This document shows positions 24,007 to 36,801 of a stretch of 64,000 bases of DNA, piece by piece. Position 1 is the first letter of the stretch; each line of letters opens with the position of its first letter. The notes under the pieces are model-generated. The model saw only the letters and a list, made by a program, of their open reading frames with translations. It ran no database searches and was not told the origin of the DNA. Where the stretch lies: assembly GCA_965645245.1 (NCBI GenBank), contig OZ287071.1, positions 186,001 to 250,000 of the forward strand. Reading direction: 5' to 3'. A program made the position numbers and the translations under genes. This stretch comes from Massalongia carnosa. Lineage: Eukaryota.

Positions 24007-24727
24007 GAATTCTACATAGGTGAACTTTCTAAAACTGAGTACGCGCAAAGGGAAGAGGCGAGGTGACGTCGTAGACTGATCCGGCTGAGCGTGCACCATG
24101 TCGGAGGAGTATCCCCCACTGTTATTTTCCGAGCTACCGTAGGGACTACGCGCAGGGGAAGTACGTGCAAACCCACTGTTGTAATGTGCAAAGTCACCCG
24201 GCTGATGCCTAGTAAAGTGTTCAGAGTCACATAGTACCGCATTGGGATTAGTGCGTTGGTAAGAACATTAGGCAACACATAACGACCTCGAGAAGCACCG
24301 CAAAACTTCTATGAACATTCCCATCGAGTCATAAATTGGATATGAGTCAATCACCAATCTTAGATTTCTAGGAAGCAGGAAGGTGAGTCATAGGGAGAAC
24401 GGTTTTCGGCATGTTTTTCTATCTATATAAACACGGTCCTTAGATAGGTAGATAGAAAAATCAATCGTTTCAAAAGTGAGCTTTTTACTATGCTAGCAGA
24501 GCTTCTATTACAATAGGTTATGAGCCCGGAAAGCAATTTTTTCTTCCGCATAAATTAATCTATCTATTCTGTTGTTTTTCAAAGTTTCAAAGCCATACTT
24601 CTCTTCGTTCCATCCATCAGTTTTCCTATTATTGGACCATGTCTGGAAAAGAGAGCGATTCCGCAGCTCCCGCGAAAGAGGGCACAACCCCTGATGGATC
24701 ATATTCAAAAGCCATTCGAAAAGGAGA

Positions 24728-27700
24728 TGTCAAATGTCAGCTATACTGGCATTAACCAACATTGGTCAACGGGCCCGTCACATGCCCGTCACATGACATT
24801 GCCACCGCGGCACAGGTAAAAATTCTTCATCCCCTACATTCTTTCTTCCTTCGGAGACATCTCTTGATCTATCCCCTGGCGGCATACCTAGCTAGAAAAT
24901 CATCTACAGATCAATGCCATTCATTTCACCTCATCTGGTCAAGACGTAAACCATCTCAACTGATCATCAGGGCAAAAAGCCTCAGAATTATGAGCCCGGA
25001 TTCTCGCTTCCATCGTCTTGACCACTTCTTGAATCTTTAAAAAAGCCACCTTTTGGCACTTATTCAGAAGCCATCACTTGGCACCTTCAGCATTTTTCGA
25101 AATCAGCCCTTTTTCGAAATACAATATCAGCAATGTCGGCATCGCCCAGAAAAATCGTCTTGGCAAAATCGGCCGACTGGAGAACATGGTTTTCCTTCAT
25201 CCAGATAAAGGCAGAAAGTCTAGAAATTTGGGATGAGGTTAACCCGAATGAGCCATTTAAGGAGTCGTTAAAACGGCCAAAGATACCAAATTTTCCAATC
25301 TCGGAAAATGATGATGATGAAGTTGAGGCAGGAAAGTATCAAATGCTTCAACTGAAAACTCAGCTATACAGATTAAAATTGGACGAATACAAAGTTCGAA
25401 AAGCAGCACTAACTGAGCTGACATCCAACATTCTAGAAAGTCTGTCGACCGAATACGGCGTTTATTTGGAAGACATAAACCAAAAAAGAGGACATCCATG
25501 GAAAATACTGACGGCACTGAAGCAAAGAATTGCTCCATCTGATGCCGCCCAAATTCGGGACATTGAGACCAAATACGAGAAGCTCAAAAAGGGACCAGGA
25601 AATCAAAATTTGGAGACATACATCGAGCAGTGGCAGAGGACATACACTGACCCCATCAATAATAAGCTTTTTGAGGCAGAGGGGCAACGAGCTCATCGAC
25701 ACTTTCTCATGGCCATTCGGGAAAAGGAGAGTAACTTTGCCGATACCATGCTGATCAATCTAAATAGGGAGCCGGACATGGACTTCTATAAATTGCTGGA
25801 AGAATTCCGACAATTCGTCCGGTATCAAAAAGCTGAAAAAGGGGAGTCCCATTCCGCCTTTTCTGCTAATTCCAACCAGTCTTCCTCATCTAATCAGGGA
25901 CCTACATTCAATGGTCAGCGACCGGCTAGACCACCTTGCATTTGCGGCAAAGATCATGCCCTCGGTCATTGCTGGCACCTAGTGCCTAACCATCCCCGCC
26001 GACCGCACAATTTCAAAACGAGTCCCGAAATCCAATCCCGAATCGATGACGCTATGAAGGATAAGGCATTCCGGGAGAAGGTGGAAAAATCCATACAAAC
26101 CTGCAAAGAAAAAGCTAGGACTAGTCAGAATAATCAGGGGCAAAAGAATCAGGATCAGAAAGGGCAGAAAAATAACACGATACCGGAGGGTGGAAATGCC
26201 ACCTTTGCAGCTTTTTGCAGCACTTCCTTTTCAGCGGCAAATAGCTTAGTCATCAAGGGGTCATGGATTCTAGATAATGGATCCAATCGGCACATTTGCA
26301 ATGAGACCATGAAATCGCGTATAGTGAAGACGCGAGATGCATCAAAAGATGACTATTTGGCAGCCGGTGCCAACTACCTAAAAATTGAATTCTACGGAAC
26401 CATCAGAATCAACATTCCTGCCCCATCTGGACCATGGATAATTACATTAGTCGACGTCGCCTACGTCCCTAGATTCATGACAAATGTCGTCGCTCAGCAT
26501 TTATTCAATGTAAAAGGGGTACACTTTGACGATTGGAAAATGCACCTGCATAGGGAAGGAAAGACTGTCGCATGGGTTAAACCACTAAATGGGCACTTCT
26601 TACTGGAAGACAACACTGAGGGGGTGTTCAATCAGTCATTTGCAACAGGGCAAAATTCCGCTGCAGCTAAAGAGAAAGAAAATGCCAAATCTGCACCTTC
26701 CTATCAATGGCATCAGATGTTGGCACATGCGTCAAATGACGCCATTCAGCATTTACAGGCATCAGCTGAGGGGGTGAAGATTGCTGATTCAGCAGCTGCC
26801 CCTACAATTCCCAAAACCAATGAGTGCGAAACATGCGCACTTTCAAAAATGCACCGAATCATCTCTAGGTCAGCGGAAAATGCCGAAACGGCAGCCCTAC
26901 CTTTTCATCGAATCACATACGACTTAATCCCATTGAACCCTGCCTATAACAAAGATGAATGGGTCTCTCATTTCGCCTGCCATTGGACCGATTTTAACAT
27001 GGTTTTTACTCATCCAAAGAAATCAGATGCGACGCGGATAGTAAAAGAGGCACTTAATTTGATCGAGACTAGATTCAATGGAAAAGTAGTCTTCTTTCGG
27101 ACTGACGGCGAGAAATCTTTGGGAGGTGATTTTCGAGAATTACTTATAGAAAAGGGGATTACTTACGAACCATCTTCACCTCATTCGCCGGAGCAGAATG
27201 GGCACTCAGAGAGAAAAGGGGGAATTTTGACCCTGAAAGCACGTGCTATGCGGATGGATGCAAATCTTCCTACATTTCTTTGGCCGGAAATTTTTCGGAC
27301 TGCCGGCTATATAGCAAATCGGACTCCTATGGGAAAACATCAATGGAAAACGCTATACCAGATGGTCCACAAGACCCGTCCAAACTTAGCACATTTACAT
27401 GTTTATGGCTGCAAAGCTTATGCCTTAAATAAGCAAATTTCGAAGAAGGAAAAGTTGAAAGAAAGAGCTCACATCGGACATTTGGTTGGTTATGATGCTC
27501 GCAACATTTTTCGCATTTGGATACCATCTCAGCGGAAGGTAATTCGGACTAGAGACGTTATTTTCGATGACAGCACTAGATACGATCCTCATGACATAGA
27601 TGTCATGCAGGCAATTTCCGAGCCAATGCTGCCATTACCAGAGACGTTTGAAATTCCGGATCTTCTTACTGATTTGGCGCGAATTACCGAGGTGGAATCA

Positions 27701-30038
27701 GATTTAGAAGATGAGATAAATCTGCATGCGGAGCAAAACCAGCAATCTATAGAAAAAGGGCAAATGCCAGCATCTGGCAATTCCCCAAATGACTCCGCAA
27801 ATGACTCCGCATCACATGACTCAGCAAAAGGCAAAACATTCGAATATTTGCCATCTCCCTTACCATCTGAAGCAACCCCGCCACCTGACCCTACACCATC
27901 TCAAAAAGAGAAGAAAGTGATTGGTCTAGAATTGGACCAGGCAAATATCTTGCCTGAGGGGGTGAGACGGGAAAGAAAAGGCAGAAAACAGGCTTATTTC
28001 GCTGCCTTGAAAGATGCCGAAAATGGAGAAGTTATCTCCTTTCATTCCTCATTTGCAGCATTTGCAAAATCATCATTCTTTACTAAATTTTCTCAGCATC
28101 GCCTACATAGAGATTCCCTACCTGCGGAACAAAAGCATTTCGGTCAAATGCTGAAACATTCTCATTCCGCCGGATTTCAGGAAGCAATCAAAACGGAAAT
28201 AAAAGCTTTGGAAGCAAAGGGCACTTGGAAGGAAAATCCTACAAATGAGGTTATTTCGAAAGATAATGTCATCATTCCTACTATGTGGATTTTCAAATAT
28301 AAATTCGACGAAGAGGGATATTTGACCAAATACAAAGCTCGCTTAGTGGCTAGGGGTGATTTTCAGAAGACTGACCAAGACAGCTACGCCGCCACTTTGG
28401 CAGCTCGCATTTTCCGAGCATTAATGGCAATTGTAGCAACATTCGATTTGGAGACGCGACAGTATGACGCCATAAATGCATTTGCCAATAGTCCTATAGA
28501 TGAGCCCATCTATTGTAAGCCACCTGAGGGATGGCCAAAAGATAGCGGTATTTTGCTGCTTCTACAAAGGGCTCTGTATGGACTAAAACAATCTCCAGCC
28601 TTATGGTATCGTCTTTTATCGGAAGCACTAATCGGAATGAATTTTGAGCCGATACCAGGAGCAGATTGTCTCTTCATCAGTCGGGACAAGCATTTGCTTC
28701 TTTTCTTCTTCGTAGATGACATCGTTCTTCTATACGATCGTCGTTGGACCAATCAAGCTGACGTTTTTCAGACGCAGCTATTTGACCGTTTTGAAATGCG
28801 ACATTTAGGAGAATTAGAATGGTTCCTAGGAATTCAGATCTCTAGGAAACGCGAAAACGGACTTTTATGGCTGTCTCAGCAGTCCTACATTGAAAAGATA
28901 ATTTCAAAATTCAATGTCAGCATTAATCTAGAAAATAAGGGACCGGCGACACCTTTACCATACGGATCAGGAATGCAATTGGTCAGAAATTCTGGTCAGG
29001 CAAAAAATCAGGAAATCCATGCCTACCAGCAAATAGTTGGATCCATCAATTTCGCCGCAGTAATAACCCGCCCGGACGTCGCATTTGCAGCTTCCAAACT
29101 GTCGGAATTTCTAACCAACCCATCTAAATGCCATTCGGAAGCTGCCATTCGGACCCTAAAATATTTAGGGCATTCCAAAACATTGACCATTTGGTTTAAC
29201 TCTTCTGATTTTTTCGGAAACTCTGACCATTCTTCTTCTGACCAAACCATCTTTTTAGCAAGCAGCGACGCCTCATTTGCCGATGACCCCGCGACCAGAT
29301 ATAGCTCCCAGGGATACGGATTCAAGCTATTTAGTGGAATGATAGATTGGAAGGCGTCAAAGCAGAAGACGGTCACCACTAGCAGTACGGAAGCGGAATT
29401 GCTCGCCATCTCATCGGCAGGAAAGGAGCTCATCTGGTGGATGCGTCTTTTTCAAGAGATAAATCTAGATTTGCAGATGATGCCAAACATTCAATGCGAC
29501 AATCGGCAGACAATCAGGGCACTGACGGAAAATAAACTGGTGACCAAGCTTTGCCATGTCGACATCCATAAACATTGGCTCCGCCAAGAATTTGCAAAGG
29601 ATCGAATCAAAATTCAATGGGTGCCCACTGCCACAATTCTGGCAGATTGATTGACGAAGGCATTGCCGCCTCAAAGGCATGCCTCATTTGTCAAATTACT
29701 AGGCCTGAAAGGGCAACATCATGAAGATATAAAAGAAGGATGATAAAGATCATTGCAGATGATCTTCATCAAGGGGGTGTGTCAAATGTCAGCTATACTG
29801 GCATTAACCAACATTGGTCAACGGGCCCGTCACATGCCCGTCACATGACATTGCCACCGCGGCACAGGTAAAAATTCTTCATCCCCTACATTCTTTCTTC
29901 CTTCGGAGACATCTCTTGATCTATCCCCTGGCGGCATACCTAGCTAGAAAATCATCTATAGATCAATGCCATTCATTTCACCTCATCTGGTCAAGACGTA
30001 AATCATCTCAACTGATCATCAGGGCAAAAAGCCTCAGA
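24728..30038 (+). mobile_element. Ty1/Copia family C, full length, nested in family B
   Basis: 259-bp LTRs at 24728-24986 and 29780-30038 (2 differences); TSD GGAGA; PBS ATTATGAGCCC; PPT AAGGGGG before the 3' LTR. Confidence 0.97.
25133..29650 (+). CDS. Copia C gag-pol polyprotein, with a premature stop near the end of RNase H
   Basis: 1505 aa with PR WILDNGS, IN PEQNGHSER, RT FVDDI and RH SDASFA..STEAEL. It ends ILAD*LTKALP where ADGLTK is expected (GGA>TGA). Confidence 0.92.
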   Translation: MSASPRKIVLAKSADWRTWFSFIQIKAESLEIWDEVNPNEPFKESLKRPKIPNFPISENDDDEVEAGKYQMLQLKTQLYRLKLDEYKVRKAALTELTSNILESLSTEYGVYLEDINQKRGHPWKILTALKQRIAPSDAAQIRDIETKYEKLKKGPGNQNLETYIEQWQRTYTDPINNKLFEAEGQRAHRHFLMAIREKESNFADTMLINLNREPDMDFYKLLEEFRQFVRYQKAEKGESHSAFSANSNQSSSSNQGPTFNGQRPARPPCICGKDHALGHCWHLVPNHPRRPHNFKTSPEIQSRIDDAMKDKAFREKVEKSIQTCKEKARTSQNNQGQKNQDQKGQKNNTIPEGGNATFAAFCSTSFSAANSLVIKGSWILDNGSNRHICNETMKSRIVKTRDASKDDYLAAGANYLKIEFYGTIRINIPAPSGPWIITLVDVAYVPRFMTNVVAQHLFNVKGVHFDDWKMHLHREGKTVAWVKPLNGHFLLEDNTEGVFNQSFATGQNSAAAKEKENAKSAPSYQWHQMLAHASNDAIQHLQASAEGVKIADSAAAPTIPKTNECETCALSKMHRIISRSAENAETAALPFHRITYDLIPLNPAYNKDEWVSHFACHWTDFNMVFTHPKKSDATRIVKEALNLIETRFNGKVVFFRTDGEKSLGGDFRELLIEKGITYEPSSPHSPEQNGHSERKGGILTLKARAMRMDANLPTFLWPEIFRTAGYIANRTPMGKHQWKTLYQMVHKTRPNLAHLHVYGCKAYALNKQISKKEKLKERAHIGHLVGYDARNIFRIWIPSQRKVIRTRDVIFDDSTRYDPHDIDVMQAISEPMLPLPETFEIPDLLTDLARITEVESDLEDEINLHAEQNQQSIEKGQMPASGNSPNDSANDSASHDSAKGKTFEYLPSPLPSEATPPPDPTPSQKEKKVIGLELDQANILPEGVRRERKGRKQAYFAALKDAENGEVISFHSSFAAFAKSSFFTKFSQHRLHRDSLPAEQKHFGQMLKHSHSAGFQEAIKTEIKALEAKGTWKENPTNEVISKDNVIIPTMWIFKYKFDEEGYLTKYKARLVARGDFQKTDQDSYAATLAARIFRALMAIVATFDLETRQYDAINAFANSPIDEPIYCKPPEGWPKDSGILLLLQRALYGLKQSPALWYRLLSEALIGMNFEPIPGADCLFISRDKHLLLFFFVDDIVLLYDRRWTNQADVFQTQLFDRFEMRHLGELEWFLGIQISRKRENGLLWLSQQSYIEKIISKFNVSINLENKGPATPLPYGSGMQLVRNSGQAKNQEIHAYQQIVGSINFAAVITRPDVAFAASKLSEFLTNPSKCHSEAAIRTLKYLGHSKTLTIWFNSSDFFGNSDHSSSDQTIFLASSDASFADDPATRYSSQGYGFKLFSGMIDWKASKQKTVTTSSTEAELLAISSAGKELIWWMRLFQEINLDLQMMPNIQCDNRQTIRALTENKLVTKLCHVDIHKHWLRQEFAKDRIKIQWVPTATILAD

Positions 30039-30043
30039 GGAGA

Positions 30044-33000
30044 CTATAAAGTAGAGCCGAAGCTTGGGTCCAACAACTATCTGACCTGGGCCGATGACAT
30101 GCAACTTCTTCTCAAATCTAAAAGGATGTGGAGGATAGTAAACGGGGCCATTTCTTCTCCAGACCCTGTCACCCATCCAAAAGACTATGAGGAATGGTTT
30201 ACTGATGACACTCAGGCACAGCTCTGGATCAGGGGCAATATAGAAAAGTCTCAATATGTCACTGTTAGGAACAAGGAGACCGCAAAGGATGTTTGGGCAG
30301 CATTGAGGAACGTCCATGGAGTCAAAGCCAAAAGCAGAATATGTGTGCTTCACAGAAAATTCTACACATATGAAATGTCAGTCGATCAACCCATCGATGA
30401 GGTCGCCAATGAATTGCAGAACCTTGCGATGGAAATCGCAGATATAAAGACTTCAGAACAGCCATCAGATCTGTCTGTGGCCATGACCCTCATGAACGCC
30501 ATTAAGGACCCAGCTTATGACACCGCGAAGTTCATCCTTGAAGACCTTGCTGATCCCACATTAGAAAAGACTCTGGAAAGCCTAAAACGGGTGGAGCAAC
30601 GACTAAAAGATGGGCAAGAGACCGAGACGGCCAATAAGGCCATTAACAAGGGTAAGGCAATCCCCAAATGCTCACATTGCCCAAAGAGGCATAATAGCAA
30701 TGATTGCTGGGACTGGCAGGACAACACAGATGAAGGTAAAAAATGGGTCAAAGAACACCCTAATGAGGTGAAACCTAGACCAGAAAATAACCGAAAATCA
30801 AAGAGTGATAACAAGCAGTCCAAAAACAAACCGAGAAGAAGGGGGGCAGCACGAGCAGCAAAGGATGAATCGAATAGTGATAGTGAGGATAGTGCGTGGA
30901 TGGCGCAAGATGATCAACACTCACCTGGATGGGTAATTGACTCAGGAGCCTCCAGGCATATGACATACAACAAATCGATCTTCACCCAAATCAAGCCATA
31001 CCGGACCACCATTAGAATTGCAAACGGCGAAAAACTCTTCTCCGTAGGAGTAGGTACGATTTGCACCAATATCGATGGGAAAAATATCCGGATGACAGAC
31101 GTTCTATTCGTGCCTGAACTAGACGTCAACTTGCTATCAATTGCAGCCCTTAATCGGAAGGGTTTGAATGTTTCATTTAACCGGAGAGGTGTCGAGATTT
31201 TCAGGGATGGTACTTTGGTCGCTACCGGAATTCTTAGGGGACGGGCGTACTTCCTCCACACATCTCATGTGGCCCTCGAAGCCCATGATGAAAATGATGA
31301 TTTAGATGGCCCCGAACCACCGGCAAACCTTAAATCAACCACATATCTGACCTCGCTTTCCTCCGGCGAAATTCAACCCAAAACTCCTCCTCCTATTACC
31401 CCTGACTGCATCGATAGCGATCCAGTGGGAGCACCCAAAGAGACCACCAATGAGGCCACCAATGAGGCCCAATATTGGTTATGGCACACACGATTGGGGC
31501 ACCCCAATGATATACGACTTCAACAAGCAACAGGGAAGAACTTTTCAAAGGCAATTCTGGACCTACCGTGCCAGATTTGCAATTTAACTAAGATGACCCG
31601 TACAATCAGCAAAATTCCTTTCTCGAAGGCAAATAGACCACTCGATAGAATACATACTGACGTTTGGGGTCCATATAAGAAGGCCAGTTTAGGTGGGCAT
31701 ACCTATTTCGTTTCTTTGATAGACGACTATACCCGAAAATCTTGGCTCTTCTGTATGAAAAGTAGGGCAGACATATACCGCATCATAAAAGACTGGAAGG
31801 CAATGGTCGAGTTGGAAAAGGGGCTCAAAATCATTCGCTTTCGTGCTGACAATGCCAAAGAGTATAAATATCTCGCAGAGCAACTTCAGCCATTAGGAAT
31901 TCGTATGGAGCCAACCACCGCATACACGCCCCAGCAGAACGGTGTTGCCGAAAGGTTCAATAGAACCACTGTTCAAATGGTAAGGTCTATGTTGGTATGG
32001 GCCAAATTGCCACAATCTTTCTGGGGGGAAGCAGCAGTAGCAGCAAACCACCTCAGAAACTTCTTACCTACCACCAACACCACGTCGCCTAATGAGTCTT
32101 GGACCGGGCTAAGACCTAACATCAACACTCTTCGTACGTTCGGATGCGTCTCTTTTGTGCATGTCCCAAAGGAAAAACGCTCCAAACTAGATAATGTGTC
32201 ATATCAGGCAATATTCACCGGGTATCATTCAAGCAATCAATATAGGTTATACAATGTGGAAACAAAAAAGGTGGAAATTCAGACTTCAATAAAGTTTGAT
32301 GAAAAAAGACCGGGGGGATCCTTACTTACAAAAGGCCTATCATCCCCGTCCGTCGTCCTAAATGACGATGACTCTTCCGATGACGATGAATCGTCACCAC
32401 CAACCAACCACCCTACTACTGATCAAGTGGGAGTTCCTACTAATGGTGATCAGCACCAGGGCGATGGTATTCAGCATCAGGATGATGATGCAGGTGCTCA
32501 GGATAATCTGCACCAAGATGATGCAGGTGCCCAGCACCAAAACAACCAAACTCAGGAGACAAATAGGACCCCTTCTTCATCACCTACCAGACGTTCCAAC
32601 CGCAGGAAAGATGTGTATAACCGATACGAATTCGATAACTCTTATGGAAACAAAAAGGACCGGGACCGGGCAAATATAGCAAAACAACCATCCAAAGTGT
32701 ACGAGCCGCAGTCATATAATCAGGCCATGCAATGCACTGACCATCGCAAATGGAAAATTGCTATTCAAGACGAATTAAATGCTCTCGCCGCCAATAATAC
32801 ATGGAAATATGTTGAAAGACCAGCAGATAAGAACATCATCACCGCTAGATGGGTCTTCAAAGTGAAATACACCCCTACTAACCATGTTGACCGCTATAAA
32901 GCACGATTAGTAGCAAGGGGCTTCAAACAAATCCCCGGGACAGACTATGGGGACACGTTTTCACCCACCCTAAGGTATGAATCCTTACGAATGCTCCTAT

Positions 33001-34241
33001 ATTTCGCATGTAAATATAACTTCCATATTGAGCAAATGGACGCACCAAACGCATACTTGCAAAGCTCCCTAGATGACGAAATCTATATGGAGCCTCCCCA
33101 AGGCTTGGTGCTTCCCCCACATCTGACGAACCATGTGTTGCGCGTTCTGAAAGGACTCTATGGTCTCAAACAATCTGGCCGAGGATGGAATAAAAAGATA
33201 ACCAATTATCTAACATCCATTGGTTTCAAAGCGCTCTCAGGAGACAATTGTGTGTTCGTTAATCACACTACCCACGTTATCATTAGCCTTTATGTTGATG
33301 ATTTTCTGATATTTTCCAAAAGCATGACAGCCATAAAGGAGCTCAAAAGTCTACTAATAAAGGAATATAATATGAAAGACTTAGGGCCAGCAAAGTTCAT
33401 CTTAGGGATTCGCATACGTCGCGAGAAAGACAAAATAACGATTGACCAATCATCTTACATTCGCAGCTTCCTGCAGAAATATAAGATGGATAAAGCAAAT
33501 TCAGTCCTTACCCCTATGATCAACTATGATGCATGCAGTCCTGCCATCGTCAACGAACCTAGGACAAACCAATTAGAATATCAAGAACGGATAGGGAGTT
33601 TGATGTTTTTGATGATCAACACGCGACCAGACATTGCCCAAGCAGTTGGAAAGCTTAGTCAATATACGCACGATCCAGCAATTAGGCACCGAAACGCGGT
33701 AGACCATCTCATAAAATATCTGAATGGGACCACGAATTTGGCACTTACCTACGAACCCAATGACACCGGACCCACTAGTTATGCTGATGCAGCGTATGGT
33801 GATAACCATGATAGAAAATCATCATATGGCCACGTTCTGATGCTAGGAAACGGGGCAGTTATATGGGCCAGTAAGAGGCAACGGTCAGTCGTCACATCCA
33901 CCATGGAAGCAGAGTATTCTTCCATGTGCCAGGCTTCAAAAGATATAGTGTGGGCAACTAGATGGTTCGGAGAGTTGAACTTCTCCAAAGATATGAACCT
34001 ACCAATTATCCTAAATGGCGACAACCAGGGTACGCTCGATTTGATAAAAAACCCTGAGCACCATAGTCGGTCCAAACATATGGATATTCAGCTTCATTAT
34101 CTTCGGGAGGTCGTTGAAGACAACTATGCCACTATACAGCACGTATCCACTCACGATATGGTGGCAGATATCTTCACTAAACCACTGGCGGCACCTATCT
34201 TTCGAAAGTTGCGCGAGAAATTAGGCCTAAGAGAGGCATAG
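30044..34241 (+). CDS. Copia B gag-pol polyprotein; open throughout, but its first ~29 codons are stranded at 24639-24727
   Basis: PR WVIDSGAS, IN PQQNGVAER, RT LYVDDF, RH YADAAY..ADIFTKPL; no internal stops. Confidence 0.92.
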
Positions 34242-35656
34242 GAAGATGGAGGACGCTTCATCATAAGGCCACCTAAATTGACCACATAGGCCACACAAAA
34301 TCAGATTGGAAACCGGCGTTTAGGATATTATTACTCACCTGGCAACTTTGCAGTGGGAGTGTTGTAATGTGCAAAGTCACCCGGCTGATGCCTAGTAAAG
34401 TGTTCAGAGTCACATAGTACCGCATTGGGATTAGTGCGTTGGTAAGAACATTAGGCAACACCTAACGACCTCGAGAAGCACCGCAAAACTTCTATGAACA
34501 TTCCCATCGAGTCATAAATTGGATATGAGTCAATCACCAATCTTAGATTTCTAGGAAGCAGGAAGGTGAGTCATAGGGAGAACGGTTTTCGGCATGTTTT
34601 TCTATCTATATAAACACGGTCCTTAGATAGGTAGATAGAAAAATCAATCGTTTCAAAAGTGAGCTTTTAACTATGCCAGCAGAGCTTCTATTACAATACC
34701 CACAATCACAGTGCTGGGGCAGCTGATACTGGAGCTAGAGCGTTTGATGTTGATGCTGGGGGAGCTGGTATTGATGCTGGAGTTGGGTCTGGAATCAGCT
34801 CACGCTAGATAGTAGGCTAAACCCAATTTATCTAGTGAAGATCCTAGATCCGAGTTGATTGTTGCCTGCCGTTTTTAGATGTTTGTTTTTGGGGGTATGG
34901 CATGGCCACCAAGATGGCCTCCATGCTGGCATAACAGGTGTGGCCCATGATACTGGTATGGCCGATTCCTTCATCGTCGAACTCGTGAAACACGTATAAA
35001 AATCGTCCCCGTAACTCCGGCCTCACGATCCTCGCTCTACTCAAGGAGGTGCTAGACCAGCCCCACAGGCCAGACAGCAGAGCACAAAGAGCAATTCCCC
35101 TTCAGCATATCTAAGCAACAGCCAGCGAAGGCGAGCTGGCGGCGAAGGAAACTTCGCTCAGTGGTATGTAGGAACACTATTAATACGTCTATGGTTGGAA
35201 CGATTATCCTAAGGTAGGCACAGGTGAAGTAGTAAACGAAGCAGCAGGTGAACAGTAGGTGAAGTAGTGCATTTGGTCAATTCATGTATTATATACCTGT
35301 TGCTTGATTAATTAACTTCTTACTTTATTTGTTGTCCAACTACTACTTAATCTGCTGTCCACTTAATTTGCTATCCATTCGCTTTCCATTTACTGTCATC
35401 TGTTACTTCGTCGCTGGCGGGCTTCTACTGCTTCGTAGATGTTATTCTATTTCTTTCTTTATTTTCTTGTTTCCCATCTTATATTATATATCATACATTG
35501 ATCACCCCTTTATGTTTCTTATGATATATATACACTCAATACCCGCTTAGCTGCGGTATAGGGTCTCTTTTCCCCAAAAATTCCTGTTATGGGGGTCAGA
35601 AACTTCAGCTTCTTCAAATGATTTACTTCAGTCATCACAGGCATCTGATTTAAATA

Positions 35657-35780
35657 AGATCTGTTCGGAATCATTAGTGTCCCCGAAGTTAAGAAAAAGA
35701 AATTACTTGATAGATTTTGTCAAGAATCTGGTTAAGAAGTACATTAAGGATGAAAGCTGCATCAATCTACTTGCTCATGC
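35657..35780 (+). pseudogene. Dynamin-family GTPase fragment
   Basis: Reads DLFGIISVPEVKKRNYLIDFVKNLVKKYIKDESCINLLA, resembling the DLPGII..LVKxYI..IILxV segment of dynamin GTPase domains. Confidence 0.5.
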
Positions 35781-36069
35781 TCAACATGGCAAATCGCTGA
35801 AACAATGAAATGAACAGAGAAAGATTTGGGCTTGACTTTTGACTATCATGTGATTAAGAATAACCCGGCTTCTTTCGAGGGTCTAATTTTAGAACATTCA
35901 TTGACAATGACTTGATTGCTCGTGGAACCTTGTCTAATGTCAAGAAGTTCTTGCGCATGGTGTATATCTCACAGTATAGAGAAGAAATGATTGCAATGAT
36001 CGAAGGAGCGGAATGAAAAACTTTTCCCTATCTCGAGCGATGTATGCCGATTGCAGAACATATGTTCTA

Positions 36070-36490
36070 CATCGCTCGGCATCTCCACTTGTCAAGGCAA
36101 AGATCCTTCGAGAACCACGCGCCCTGGGGGGCAGGTAGCGCCGTCATTGGCGGAGCAGCGCATCTTAACCGTCCAGGGGGGGATGAAGTGATGGAGAAGG
36201 CCCAGAAGCTCACAATGGCGTCGAACTGCTTAGGGGACCCCCAATATGGTGGTGCTGCGGGATGCCGGTCAAGTTCATGAAATTGCCTTGCAGCAGCTCG
36301 ATCTGGCCCACGAAGCCCGCCGCCTGCATGATGCGGTGGGCGGAGGTCAGCACGTCGGTGGAGATGTCTACCGCCATCACCGATCCTCCCCCCCCTCACC
36401 GCTGGTGTCCTACATCGCGGATTTGCCTTCCATTCCCATGCGCTCGAGCAAGTCCAGAAATCCAACAAAGAGGACGGGTTGAATACTGAG
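36070..36490 (-). pseudogene. SAM-dependent methyltransferase fragment
   Basis: Frameshifted pieces VLDFWTC, GSVMAVDISTDVLTSAHRIMQAAGFVGQIELLQGNFMNL and KQFDAIVSFWAF. Confidence 0.45.
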
Positions 36491-36801
36491 CAGTAGAAAG
36501 CTCGGTGGCTACGTATGCAAGGCTGATCTAGTCAAGACTTATAGCGTATAGAACAACATCTCATGCCCTAGTCTATGCTATCGGAGGGCTGGAGATAGGG
36601 CGATTGAGAGATTGCTCTGACTACCATACGTACACTTCGTTCAATTTAGACCTTTTATCGCTTTGATGTCTCTATCACGCTCGTTCTCGCCTCTTGCAAA
36701 ACCGAACGTATTTAGGTGTGGCTCAATTTTCAACGTTCGGTTTGCTAACGCCTTCTTCCGCTACAAGCCCTTTCATCCGACTTCGTCGTCCTAACAGTAA
36801 A

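Larger units (their letters stand above)
24177..34698 (+). mobile_element. Ty1/Copia family B, full length, interrupted in early gag by family C
   Basis: 339-bp LTRs at 24177-24515 and 34360-34698 (about 3 differences); TSD CCCAC; PBS GGTTATGAGCCC at 24516; gag ATG at 24639 rejoins in frame at 30044 after removal of the insert. Confidence 0.97.

Noticed and set aside
24012..25040. Repeated small ORFs (MLPNVLTNAL.., MVNGPVTCPS..) as a duplicated gene family
   Set aside because: They are incidental frames inside LTR copies and start at non-ATG codons.
29814..34241. 1475-aa ORF as a native protein with a novel N-terminus
   Set aside because: The first ~75 aa are translated LTR of the nested element. 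The real N-terminus is at 24639.
34704..35580. Possible Helitron or other element end (GCGAAGGCGAGC hairpin-like tract near 35120-35165)
   Set aside because: No matching terminus, TSD or Rep/helicase sequence could be established.
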